DNA of 64,000 nucleotides from Gemmatimonas sp. (lineage in GTDB: Bacteria; Gemmatimonadota; Gemmatimonadetes; Gemmatimonadales; Gemmatimonadaceae): contig OZ257156.1 of the NCBI GenBank assembly GCA_965279375.1, positions 4,352,001-4,416,000 of the forward strand. Reading direction: 5' to 3'. Below, piece by piece: positions 20,892 to 30,084 of this stretch. The translations under genes were made by a program, and so were the position numbers. The notes beneath the pieces were generated by a model. The model searched no databases and was not told the origin of the DNA. It was given only the letters and a program-made list of their open reading frames with translations. How positions within the stretch are numbered: position 1 is the stretch's first letter; the number at the start of each line of letters is the position of its first letter.

Positions 20892-23450
20892 TCAGCGGTC
20901 GAAGCGGACGCCGAGGAACGCCATCGAGCCAAGGGCCGGCATGTTGAGCAGTTCGATGTGCTTGCGTCCCAGACCGCAGCCCCACCCCTGGCTGTACGTC
21001 GCCGGCAGGGCGGCGTTGAGATAGATGGGCGGCGTGGAGCGACCGCTGGTGCAGGCGAAGAGATTCTGCACCGAGAGGTTGACCGTCGTGCCGGACGTGA
21101 TGCGCTTGCCCACGTTGAAGTCGAAGGCGAGCAGGCCGGGAATGCGACCCGAGTGCACGCCCGACTGAAACTGGTAGTCCTTGACGAAGCGCAGCGTGAA
21201 GCCGCCAAAGGTCGCCATTGGCAGGTCACGCGCGTCCATGCCTACCGTGGCCTTCATCGTCGGGCTATTGAGCGCCGTCGCTTCCGCCGGGTCACCCGGC
21301 TTCTGGATGATGGAGTCCAGCTTGAGCACACTGAACGTACCCGACGCGTTCACCTTGTTCGTCACCGCATAGCGAACACCGGCGTCGATGCCGCTGAGCG
21401 TCGCCTGACCGAGGTTGTAGTAGGTAAGCGCGATCTGCTCAGCGCCCTGCGCGTTGGTGTACTTGGTGTTCGTGGCAGTGTTGTACGCAAAGGTGCCAGC
21501 AAACGGGTTGGCCACCACAACCAACGGGCTCAGGAACGACTTGTAGTTCGCGATGTAGCCAGCCACGTCCACATACAGGCGGTCGTGCATCACACCCTTG
21601 TAGCCGATTTCCACCGTGTTGTTCACTTCCGGCACCACGGGCGAGAAGGTGCGGAGCACCGTGCCCGCGGCGTTCTTGATCGTCGTGCCGTCCTTGTTGC
21701 CAAAGACACCCACGCTCGGGCTGAAGTCGCGGAAGTAGAAGCTCGTCGCCAGGATCGACGGCGACTTGAACGCGCGGTTGAAGGTCAGTCGGAAGGTGCT
21801 GTTCTCGTCCGGCGAGATGACAAGTGCCGCCTTCGGGCTGAACTGCGGATCGTAGAACTCCGGGTTGTCGTACCGCGCACCGAAAATGAGCTTCGTGATC
21901 GGATTGACCTGCGTCTCCGTTTGCGCGTAGACACCCACCTGATTGAGCACGATGTCTTCCTTCGTCAGCGCATCGGTCAGCCACACTTCCTTGGAGCTCA
22001 CCTGATCGCGACGCACCTGCACACCTCCGATGATGCGCGTGTTGAAGAGGCGGCGCACTGTGGTGTTGCCCTGCACTTCCGCGGCAGCCAATCGTCCATC
22101 GGCAGGGAATGCGGAGAGCTTCTTCACCGAGTCATCGCTGAAGCCGGTGAGACGCGGCGCGAGCCGATTGGTGGAGAAACCGTTGAGCGCGTACGTCTGT
22201 CCGGACAACGAGCGCGTGGCATAGGCCTGCGCAAACCAGTGATCCGACGTGAAGCGCACCTGCTGGTTCCAGTAGCCCCAGTTCTTGAGCTGGTTGCGAC
22301 CGGCGCTCGTCACGCCGATACCATTGCTGTTGCTGGCACCGCCCTGATACTCGAGGCGCGCGCCTTTGTCGAAGTAGTAGACCAGTGCGCCTGATGCGCG
22401 CCGGTAGCTCGTGCCCCAATCCGGCGCGATCTCGGGCGACGGTGTCGTACGCGGAGCGACGGGCGCATAGTTGTTCGTGTTCTGCCAGTCACGCGCGTAC
22501 AGCGCTTCACCCGTGATCTTGTATCCCAGCTTTCCCCACATGCCCGCATAGCGCCCCTGCACGTCGGAGTAGCTCACGCGTCCCGGTGAGTTGGCAAACC
22601 AGTCACCCATGCGGCCGCCGTTCGAACCCAACGACGTCTCCATCGTCAGCCCCTGATACTGCTTGGGGTCCTTGCTGAGCAGCGTGACGACACCATTGGA
22701 CGCATCAGGGCCGTACAACGCCGCGCCCGGGCCGATCAGCACTTCCACGCCGGCGATGTCGATCTTGGGGATCGTCGTGAACACGCCAACCGGCAGACCG
22801 TTCTCTGGAAGCACCGCGACCCGGTTGTCTTCCATCTGCAGCATGCGGTTGTTGAACGCGCTGTTGAACCCGCGCGCGTTGATGCCCGCCGCGGCGATGC
22901 CGGTCTGGAAGAAGTCCACGCCCTTCACTTCCTTGAGCGCGCCCGTGAACGAATTGCCGACCGAATAGCGAATCTGATCCGCGTCGATGCGCGTGATCGT
23001 CGCGGGTGCGTCGGTGATCTTCTCCACGCGACGCGAGGCGGACACGACGTATCCGCCCAACTGCAGCGCCGTGGCGTTCAGCGTCGCATTCAGCGTCGCC
23101 TCTGCGCCATCCTTCACTTCAACATTCTCGAAGACGCGCGCCTTGGCTCCAATGCGTTGCACGCGAACGGTGTAGCTGCCGCTTGGCAATCCAATCACGC
23201 GATAGCGGCCGTCCATCCCGGTCGTGCTGCCGAAACGCGTACCGACCAATGTGACCTGCGCGCCCGGTAGCGGATGCTTGGCGCTGTCGGAGACGAAGCC
23301 GGCAAGGACGCCAGTCTGCGCTTGCACTGCCGCAGGAATGGCGAGTAAGGGCACTGCGAGCAAAGACATCAGCCGCGCGCGGCTGCGCGCAAAGAGGCGC
23401 CGCGCGTTCGCTTGTTCAGCGAGCAACGGGAACGGACGAGGAATGGACAT
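20892..23450 (-). CDS. TonB-dependent receptor with N-terminal carboxypeptidase-regulatory-like domain
   Basis: Signal peptide, YVVSASRRVEK, plug motifs INARGF and EVLIGPGAALYGPDASNGVV, C-terminal FLGVRF. Confidence 0.92.
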   Translation of the reverse strand: MSIPRPFPLLAEQANARRLFARSRARLMSLLAVPLLAIPAAVQAQTGVLAGFVSDSAKHPLPGAQVTLVGTRFGSTTGMDGRYRVIGLPSGSYTVRVQRIGAKARVFENVEVKDGAEATLNATLNATALQLGGYVVSASRRVEKITDAPATITRIDADQIRYSVGNSFTGALKEVKGVDFFQTGIAAAGINARGFNSAFNNRMLQMEDNRVAVLPENGLPVGVFTTIPKIDIAGVEVLIGPGAALYGPDASNGVVTLLSKDPKQYQGLTMETSLGSNGGRMGDWFANSPGRVSYSDVQGRYAGMWGKLGYKITGEALYARDWQNTNNYAPVAPRTTPSPEIAPDWGTSYRRASGALVYYFDKGARLEYQGGASNSNGIGVTSAGRNQLKNWGYWNQQVRFTSDHWFAQAYATRSLSGQTYALNGFSTNRLAPRLTGFSDDSVKKLSAFPADGRLAAAEVQGNTTVRRLFNTRIIGGVQVRRDQVSSKEVWLTDALTKEDIVLNQVGVYAQTETQVNPITKLIFGARYDNPEFYDPQFSPKAALVISPDENSTFRLTFNRAFKSPSILATSFYFRDFSPSVGVFGNKDGTTIKNAAGTVLRTFSPVVPEVNNTVEIGYKGVMHDRLYVDVAGYIANYKSFLSPLVVVANPFAGTFAYNTATNTKYTNAQGAEQIALTYYNLGQATLSGIDAGVRYAVTNKVNASGTFSVLKLDSIIQKPGDPAEATALNSPTMKATVGMDARDLPMATFGGFTLRFVKDYQFQSGVHSGRIPGLLAFDFNVGKRITSGTTVNLSVQNLFACTSGRSTPPIYLNAALPATYSQGWGCGLGRKHIELLNMPALGSMAFLGVRFDR

Positions 23451-23564
23451 GCGGAGGTCTCCAAGGAAGGAACTGCGGACGGACAGACAGAGAGGAGAGT
23501 CGGTATCGGGAAGCGACGTTGCCCCCGAGGGCAGAGCGGCGTCGAAGTTCGAGTTGAGCGGCAG

Positions 23565-23996
23565 TCAGTCCTCCTTGGGCAGGAGGATCAGCGCTTCACC
23601 ATCGACCACGGCTTCTCCACGCTGATTGCGCACGCTCGTGGCGAGTCGCACGCGACGCTTGGTTTCGAACAACTCGACAATCTCGACACGCGTCGTCACG
23701 CTGTCGCCAATGAGCACGGGACGCAGAAACCGGAGCGACTGCGACATGTAGATGGAGCCAGGCCCCGGCAACTCGGCGGCGATGATCGCCGAGATGAACC
23801 CACCCGACAGCATGCCGTGCGCGATCCTCGCGCCGAAACGGCTGCTGCGCGCGAACTCCTCGTCGAGGTGCACCGGATTCGTATCACCCGTGACGGTCGC
23901 GAAGAGCACGACATCGGTATCCGTGACGGTGTGCGTGCGCGACGCACTCTGGCCCACGGCTAGCGACGCGAAGCGATCCACTGCAGAAGCGCTCAT
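23565..23996 (-). CDS. phaJ: MaoC-family (R)-specific enoyl-CoA hydratase (PhaJ-like)
   Basis: FATVTGDTNPVHLDEEFA (hydratase-2 D-x4-H), RIAHGML, LPGPGSIYMSQSLRFLRPV. Confidence 0.88.
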   Translation of the reverse strand: MSASAVDRFASLAVGQSASRTHTVTDTDVVLFATVTGDTNPVHLDEEFARSSRFGARIAHGMLSGGFISAIIAAELPGPGSIYMSQSLRFLRPVLIGDSVTTRVEIVELFETKRRVRLATSVRNQRGEAVVDGEALILLPKED

Positions 23997-24002
23997 TGAA
24001 TG

Positions 24003-25529
24003 TCAGGCCTCCATGACGGCGCGTACGTCAGCGGCGAGCGTCGCCGCGGCTGTGTGGCGCGTGAACCAGGATACGATCAGAAAGACCAGCAACGACGCGA
24101 CGAGCGCGATCGCGGTCGCCGTCACACCAGAGGGGAAAGCGAACACCTTGAAGAACGCGAGTGACTCGAGCGAGAGCGTGATGACAAGACCCGTCACGAT
24201 GGAGGCGATGGCACCGGCACGCGTCGCCCCCTGCCAGTTGAGACCGATCGCCAGCGCCGGCCCAAGCGTCGAAGCAAAGAGCCCCCAGCCGAAGACGCCG
24301 AGAAACGCGACCAGCGTGCCGGATGCCTGCGCGACGGCAGCCGCAACAAGCGTGATGACCACGGTCCAGATGCGTCCCCAGCGCAGCTCATTCGACACGC
24401 GTCGTCCGAGTGCGACGGGGAGATCGTGCGTGAGCGCGGCCGCACCGATGCTCATGAACGAGTTGACCGTGCTCATGATGGCGGCCGCTACACTCGAGAA
24501 CACGATGGCCGCGAGCGGGAGCGGCGTGAAGCGCAACAGGAACGTGGGCGTTGCGTCATCCGGCGTCGCCAATGCGGGCGACGCACCGCTCAGCACGAGT
24601 GACTTCATCGCCAGTCCAACGCCGACGAACAGCAACAGCGTCAGCGTGAGCGCGAACGTCATGAGCAGCGGGAACCACTTGAGTCGACGCGCGTCGCGGA
24701 GCATGAAGAACTTGTGCGCCACGTGCGGCTGTCCCAACGACCCGAAGCCGAACACGAAGTAGAACGACAGCGCGGCCAGCGGCGACAACTTTCCCCATGG
24801 CGACAACAGCGCGCCGTCCTGCGCCATGATGACATGCGAGATGCCTGACATGCCACCGCCCACCTGCATCGCAAAGGCAAACACCAACAGCGATGCAACG
24901 GCCATCAGCAGCCCTTGAAACACATCGTTGTAAATGCCGGCGAGAATTCCGCCCGACACCGAGTACGCGAGCACGATGATCGTGCCAATCCAGATCGCCG
25001 GACCGCGTCCAATGCCGAAGATGGCATCGATCACAAGTCCCAGTGCCAGCAGATTCGTGGCCATGTAGCCGATCACGGCCAGCACGATCGCGAGCCCCGA
25101 CAGCCCTTGCGCCGCGCGCGAATCGAAACGCGCGGCGATCGCATCGGGAATCGTGATCATCTCACGCACTTCCGCGAGCAGTCGCAACCGCTTGGCCAGC
25201 ACCCACGCGCCCATTGAGTTGGTGAGGGCAACGGGCAGGATGATGAAGACCGCGCCCAACCCGAGCGAGTAGACAAGCCCGGGACCACCGATGAAGGCGA
25301 AGCCCGAGAGCGTTGCCGCCATCGATGCGATCGCCAACGTGAACAGGCCAATACCCTGTCCGGCCACGAAGAAATCCGACGCCGATTTGGTCTTGCGCGT
25401 CGCCCACACGCCGATCGCGGCGACGATCGCGAAGTACGCGATCGCCACTCCGCCGATCACCGGCTGGGCGAGCGGCGGCATCGCGTTCGTCTGCAGCAAC
25501 GCCGTCAGAACGGGCAGCGAAAAGCTCAC
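24003..25529 (-). CDS. Sodium:solute symporter (SSS) family transporter
   Basis: About 13 hydrophobic helices, DFFVAG, LSGFAFIGGPG, GQPHV, AAIMSTVNS. Confidence 0.9.
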   Translation of the reverse strand: MSFSLPVLTALLQTNAMPPLAQPVIGGVAIAYFAIVAAIGVWATRKTKSASDFFVAGQGIGLFTLAIASMAATLSGFAFIGGPGLVYSLGLGAVFIILPVALTNSMGAWVLAKRLRLLAEVREMITIPDAIAARFDSRAAQGLSGLAIVLAVIGYMATNLLALGLVIDAIFGIGRGPAIWIGTIIVLAYSVSGGILAGIYNDVFQGLLMAVASLLVFAFAMQVGGGMSGISHVIMAQDGALLSPWGKLSPLAALSFYFVFGFGSLGQPHVAHKFFMLRDARRLKWFPLLMTFALTLTLLLFVGVGLAMKSLVLSGASPALATPDDATPTFLLRFTPLPLAAIVFSSVAAAIMSTVNSFMSIGAAALTHDLPVALGRRVSNELRWGRIWTVVITLVAAAVAQASGTLVAFLGVFGWGLFASTLGPALAIGLNWQGATRAGAIASIVTGLVITLSLESLAFFKVFAFPSGVTATAIALVASLLVFLIVSWFTRHTAAATLAADVRAVMEA

Positions 25530-26044
25530 GAGTGGCCCCCGCCCGTCCGGGCCGCTCCGTCATTGAGCGATGCGCGCCGGGCCGCACGCACACGATCGAT
25601 GTCCGCGTCGGACAGCGTCAGCGCGTCGAACGTGAACGCATACGCAAGCGGCAGTACGAAGAGCGGCAGCAAGCCAACACCGTAGAGAATCACGGCGGCT
25701 CTACGCGGCAGGCCAAGCCAGTACACGCCGTCGGCGGTGTCAGGTGGCAGCGCGAGCGCTAGCACGAAGCCACCCGCGATCAGCACGAACACCAACAGAA
25801 ACGGAACGACCAGCGAACCGAGGCGGCGCCCGGTCCGGACAGCGCCAAGCGTCATGGTGGCGATCATCGCGACCGGCAGCGCCACGGCCATCACCCAAGC
25901 ACCTTTCGCAGCGACCGCGGCCCCCGCGAACGCACTGGCGTACCCGACCGCGATGCCCAGCGTACCAAACAACAGCGCGTACGCGGCGACCATCCGCACA
26001 CCGGACAGTCGTTCGATGGGAGAACTCTTCAGTTCAACGTTCAT
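25526..26044 (-). CDS. Small multi-pass membrane protein, probable SSS-transporter partner
   Basis: Four hydrophobic segments and a WLGLP motif. Overlaps both neighbours (ATGA at 26044, GTGA at 25529). Confidence 0.65.
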   Translation of the reverse strand: MNVELKSSPIERLSGVRMVAAYALLFGTLGIAVGYASAFAGAAVAAKGAWVMAVALPVAMIATMTLGAVRTGRRLGSLVVPFLLVFVLIAGGFVLALALPPDTADGVYWLGLPRRAAVILYGVGLLPLFVLPLAYAFTFDALTLSDADIDRVRAARRASLNDGAARTGGGHS

Positions 26045-27825
26045 GCGTACAGCCGGTCGAGTGTGTCCGCGTATCGCGTGGCAATCACCTCGCGAATGAT
26101 CTTCGACGTAGGCGTCAGCTCGCCGCTCTGCGTCGTGAATGCTTGCTCCGTCACGGCAAACGCCTGCACACGATCGGTGCGCGCGAGCGTTGCGTTCACA
26201 GCGTCGACCGCCGCTTGCAGCTGGGCGCGCAACTCGGGCGCCTCCACCAGCGCAGGCCACGTACTCGGACGCTGGAGCTCCTGCGCCGCCCATGACTGCA
26301 CCAAGTCGCGGCGGAGCGATAGCAACGCGACCAGATACTTTCGTCCTTCTCCGAAACACACCGCGTGCTCGATGAGCGGCGTTGCACAGAGGGCCGCCTC
26401 GATCGGCACAGGCGCGACCTTGCGGCCGTTCGAAAGTGCGATCAGCTCCTTCACGCGACCAACGATGCGCAAGAAGCCATCGGCGTCCTGCTCCACGAGA
26501 TCACCAGTCCGCAACCAGACGCCGTCCTCGGTGAACGCCGCCTCCGTCGCCGCGGCGTTCCGCCAGTAGCCACTGAACGTCAACGCACTGCGACGCACCA
26601 AAAGCTCGCCGTCCGAAGCCACGCGGACCTCGGTGCCGAGCATCGGCATACCCACGCCGGTCGCACGTGGATCGTTGACGGTGTTCATGGCGAGACAGAG
26701 ATGCTCCGTTTGACCATACGCACCTACCACGGGCAATCCGAGTTGCCGCAGCGCATCCGCCACGGCTACCGGCATCGCGGCACCGCCCGAAGTTGCGAGA
26801 CGACAGCGGCTCCCAATTCGCGACACGATCGCGTCGCGAGGATTATCGCCATCCCGCCGCGCCAACTCCGCCGCCTCGTACAAGCGCTCGAACATGCGCG
26901 GCAGCCCACCAAAGAGCGTGGGCTGATAGTCGTGGGCCACGCGAAACACGTCACTCGGCTCCTCGACCAACGCGGCGCTCATTCCGGTCCACACGCGCAC
27001 GCACTGACCGAAGACGCGTTCGGCGGCGTGCGAGAACGGAAGAAACGACAATCCGCGATCGATCGCAGTGAGCTCGAGGCGCTCTGTGATCGAGATCGCC
27101 GAGGCGGCGAGGTAGCGATGCGAGATGCAGGCTCCCTTGGGAATGCCCGTGGAGCCCGACGTGTAGATCAGCGCGGCGATGTCATCGAGCGTGACGGCAT
27201 CGCTCCGCGCTTCGAGCTGCCGCGAGAGCGATGAATCATTCTGAAGCGCGTTGCGTCCTTCGTTGCACCAGACCTCCCAGTGCTGCACGCGCACGGTTCC
27301 CGCGTGCTCGTTCGCTTCGCTAGATGCGAGCCACGCGTTCCACTCTCTCTCAGGTACGTCGCAGACGATGAGCCCCTTCGCATCGCGCTCGGCGAGTGCG
27401 CCAGCAACGACTGGCACGTGCGCGAGATCGTCAAGCAATACGACGCCAACATCGGCATCACGCAGCAGCTGCGTGATTTGCGATGGAGCGCTGCCCGGAT
27501 AGATGCCTACACCGATCGATCCGATGCGCTGAATGGCCATGTCCGCAATCGGCCACATGGGTCGATTGCGCGAGAGGACCGCGACGCGATCTCCGTGCTT
27601 CACGCCAGCCATCAGCAGTGCCGAGGCGGCAGCACGCGTCGCATCGCCCCACGCCCCCCAGCTGAAGGTCGCGGAAGGACGCGACGCGCCCGCGGGGTAC
27701 ACGGCCAACGCGATCCGATCGGGTTCAGTGAGTGCGCGCTGCATGAACTGATGGACCAGCGGTCGCAGACCCGGAAACAGGTCAGTGGTTGGCAGCGCGA
27801 CTTCGCTCGTCATGCCGCTCGTCAT
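26041..27825 (-). CDS. AMP-dependent long-chain acyl-CoA synthetase (FadD15/ACSL-like)
   Basis: YTSGSTGIPKG, FLPFSHAAER, AYGQTE, WLRTGDL, GRVKELIALSNGRKVAP, GELTPTSKI. Confidence 0.9.
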   Translation of the reverse strand: MTSGMTSEVALPTTDLFPGLRPLVHQFMQRALTEPDRIALAVYPAGASRPSATFSWGAWGDATRAAASALLMAGVKHGDRVAVLSRNRPMWPIADMAIQRIGSIGVGIYPGSAPSQITQLLRDADVGVVLLDDLAHVPVVAGALAERDAKGLIVCDVPEREWNAWLASSEANEHAGTVRVQHWEVWCNEGRNALQNDSSLSRQLEARSDAVTLDDIAALIYTSGSTGIPKGACISHRYLAASAISITERLELTAIDRGLSFLPFSHAAERVFGQCVRVWTGMSAALVEEPSDVFRVAHDYQPTLFGGLPRMFERLYEAAELARRDGDNPRDAIVSRIGSRCRLATSGGAAMPVAVADALRQLGLPVVGAYGQTEHLCLAMNTVNDPRATGVGMPMLGTEVRVASDGELLVRRSALTFSGYWRNAAATEAAFTEDGVWLRTGDLVEQDADGFLRIVGRVKELIALSNGRKVAPVPIEAALCATPLIEHAVCFGEGRKYLVALLSLRRDLVQSWAAQELQRPSTWPALVEAPELRAQLQAAVDAVNATLARTDRVQAFAVTEQAFTTQSGELTPTSKIIREVIATRYADTLDRLYA

Positions 27826-28952
27826 GTGGCCGCGACCTGCGCGTGCCCGCGCCAACGCATCGCGACGGATCCCATCGTCAACCCGGCGCCGGATCCTGTG
27901 AATACGAGCAGTTGCCCGTCGTGCACGTAGCCTCCACGCACGGCGTCATCGAGCGCCATCGGCAAACAGGCAGATCCAGTGTAGCCCCACTTGTGCATGA
28001 TCGTATGGGCGCGCGACATCGGGACATCGAGTGCGCGCATCACGACCTCGATCGTCGAACGGTTCACTTGCGTCCAGAACCAGAGGTCGACGTCGTGCAC
28101 GGTTGCGTCAGCGCGCGCCAGCACGGAGCGCACGATCCGCGGCCACCCTTCTTCGTTCACCGACGCCGGGTACTTCTGCACGAAACGCAGATACTGCTGG
28201 ATATCCTCGTTCAGAATCGCGTGCGTGATCGGCGTGCGCGCACCGCCAGCGAACACTCCCATGCCATGACAGTACCGCCCATCGGCGAACAGCTCCGAGG
28301 CCAGGATGCCGGCGCTGTCGCTCGCCTCTACCACCGCCGCACCAGCGCCATCGGCGAAGATCGTGAGCGTCTTCTTGTCACGCGGATTGAGATAGCGTGA
28401 CATCGCGTACGCACCCACCACCAGCACCTTCCGATAGCGCTCGTCGGCGCGGATGTACTTCCACGCCACATCCAGCGCAGTCACAAAGCCGGCACAGCCC
28501 GCATTGAGATCGAACGTGCCCGCGTTGACAAGTCCCAGTCTCCCCTGCACCACTGCTGCTGTCGACGGCGCGATGTACTCGGGCGTGTCGGTGGCGATGA
28601 TCAGCAGGTCGATCGACTCCGGAGTCGCGCCGGCAGCCTCCAACGCACGTCGGGCCGCAACCTCGGCCAGCATCGCGGTCGACTCATCCGGGGTGCACCA
28701 GTGGCGCTGCTCGATGCCGAGCGTGCCCGACACGAACGGCGCGATGTCCTCACCCAACTGAGCCGATAGCTCAGCGTTGGTGACGATGCGTGACGGAACG
28801 TGACTGCCGGTGCCGGTGATGATGGCCTCACGAAGTCGCGTGAGATTCGGCATCGAATCCGGCGATGAGTGCTGCAACGCATTCCGCGAGGAGTCGGTCG
28901 AACGGTCCGGCATCTGCGTCGGTATGGAGGCGGTCGGCGGTTTCTGCATCAT
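27822..28952 (-). CDS. 3-oxoacyl-ACP synthase III (FabH)-like protein with non-canonical catalytic triad
   Basis: IITGTGSHVP, FDLNAGCAGF, FADGAGA, GSGAGL fit the KAS III fold. HQAN is replaced by TQVN and GNT by GYT. Start is 28952 (ATGA overlap) or 28853. Confidence 0.85.
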   Translation of the reverse strand: MMQKPPTASIPTQMPDRSTDSSRNALQHSSPDSMPNLTRLREAIITGTGSHVPSRIVTNAELSAQLGEDIAPFVSGTLGIEQRHWCTPDESTAMLAEVAARRALEAAGATPESIDLLIIATDTPEYIAPSTAAVVQGRLGLVNAGTFDLNAGCAGFVTALDVAWKYIRADERYRKVLVVGAYAMSRYLNPRDKKTLTIFADGAGAAVVEASDSAGILASELFADGRYCHGMGVFAGGARTPITHAILNEDIQQYLRFVQKYPASVNEEGWPRIVRSVLARADATVHDVDLWFWTQVNRSTIEVVMRALDVPMSRAHTIMHKWGYTGSACLPMALDDAVRGGYVHDGQLLVFTGSGAGLTMGSVAMRWRGHAQVAAT

Positions 28953-29995
28953 CGGACAGCCCGGCTTTCAGGAGCTGCGCCCGAAGATCCGCGGGCGACA
29001 AAGCGCACCGGCAGCAGTCGCGTCGCACTCACACGTTGCGGTGACTTTTCGATGAGCTGCAGCAGCAGTCGCGCAGCGCGTGCGCCGAGTTCGCGCGCAG
29101 GAATGGCGACGGTCGAGAGTTCGGGCGTGACGTAGCGCGCGAGTTCGATGTCGTCACAGCCAACCAACGAGAGGTCCTGCGGCAGCCTGAGACCCACGGT
29201 TAGGCACTGCTTTATTGCCCCGATCGCCATCAGGTCGTTCGCACAGAACACCGCCGTCGGCTGGGATGCCGTCGACTGCGACGCCGTGAGCAGCTGACGC
29301 ATGGCTTCGCGCCCACCGCTGACGGTGGCCGGCGCACGCCGCAGCCGCTGCGACGTGAGCGTGACTCCCGCTTCTCGAAGTCGCACGACGAAGCCTCGCT
29401 CACGCATGCGAAAGGCATGCACATCCGACGCAGGGCCAATGAACGCAACCTCGCGATGCCCGAACGCGAGCAGATGCTCGGCGGCGAGACGTCCCGCTGC
29501 GACGGCGTCCGTCGCGATACCGGGCCATCGCTCCGACGGCTCATCGATGAGCACGACGTTGACACCGGCGAGTGCCTCCGCCGGCAGCAAGCCCGCCCCG
29601 ACGGCATCGAGCAGGACGCCATCGATCTGCCGTGCGCGCAGCGTTTCGAGATGCTGCATGACTCCACGGGCGGACTGATCGCACAGCAGCACCGCGTAGC
29701 CAGCCTCGGCGGCGACCCGTTCCGCGCCGGCGACCACATCCGCGACGAACGGATTGCGCACGTCCGGCACGATCACCCCGAGCGCGAACGAGCGCCGTCG
29801 TGCGAGTGAGCGCGCCACGACGTTGGGCTTGTAGCCCAGTTCGGCGGCGGCGTCGAGCACACGCTGACGCGTCGCCGCGGCAACGCGGGCGCGAGGGTGC
29901 TGCGAAAGGACGAGCGACGCGGTGGGCTGGGAGACACCGGCGCGGGCAGCGACGTCATGGACAGTGACTCGCCGCCCCGAGGTAGGAGGGGCCAT
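28949..29995 (-). CDS. LacI/GalR-family transcriptional regulator
   Basis: HTH VTVHDVAARAGVSQPTAS, hinge LGYKPNVVARSL, sensor domain PTAVFCANDLMAIGA, SLVGCDDI. Confidence 0.95.
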   Translation of the reverse strand: MAPPTSGRRVTVHDVAARAGVSQPTASLVLSQHPRARVAAATRQRVLDAAAELGYKPNVVARSLARRRSFALGVIVPDVRNPFVADVVAGAERVAAEAGYAVLLCDQSARGVMQHLETLRARQIDGVLLDAVGAGLLPAEALAGVNVVLIDEPSERWPGIATDAVAAGRLAAEHLLAFGHREVAFIGPASDVHAFRMRERGFVVRLREAGVTLTSQRLRRAPATVSGGREAMRQLLTASQSTASQPTAVFCANDLMAIGAIKQCLTVGLRLPQDLSLVGCDDIELARYVTPELSTVAIPARELGARAARLLLQLIEKSPQRVSATRLLPVRFVARGSSGAAPESRAVR

Positions 29996-30013
29996 CGCGG
30001 AACAAACTGATGC

Positions 30014-30031
30014 TGCAAATACGTATTGGCA
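30014..30031. promoter_or_regulatory. Candidate LacI-family operator TGCAAATACGTATTGGCA
   Basis: Near-perfect 18-bp palindrome with perfect core AATACGTATT and central CG, 18 bp upstream of the LacI gene start, AT-rich in a GC-rich background. Confidence 0.65.
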
Positions 30032-30084
30032 AGTGGGATTATCCAAACCCAACCATCCAGGCGGTCGTCCTCTCATCATTAGCC

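Noticed and set aside
18325..22394. Long plus-strand ORFs (two of 539 aa and one of 334 aa)
   Set aside because: Antisense to well-supported ligase, esterase and TBDR genes.
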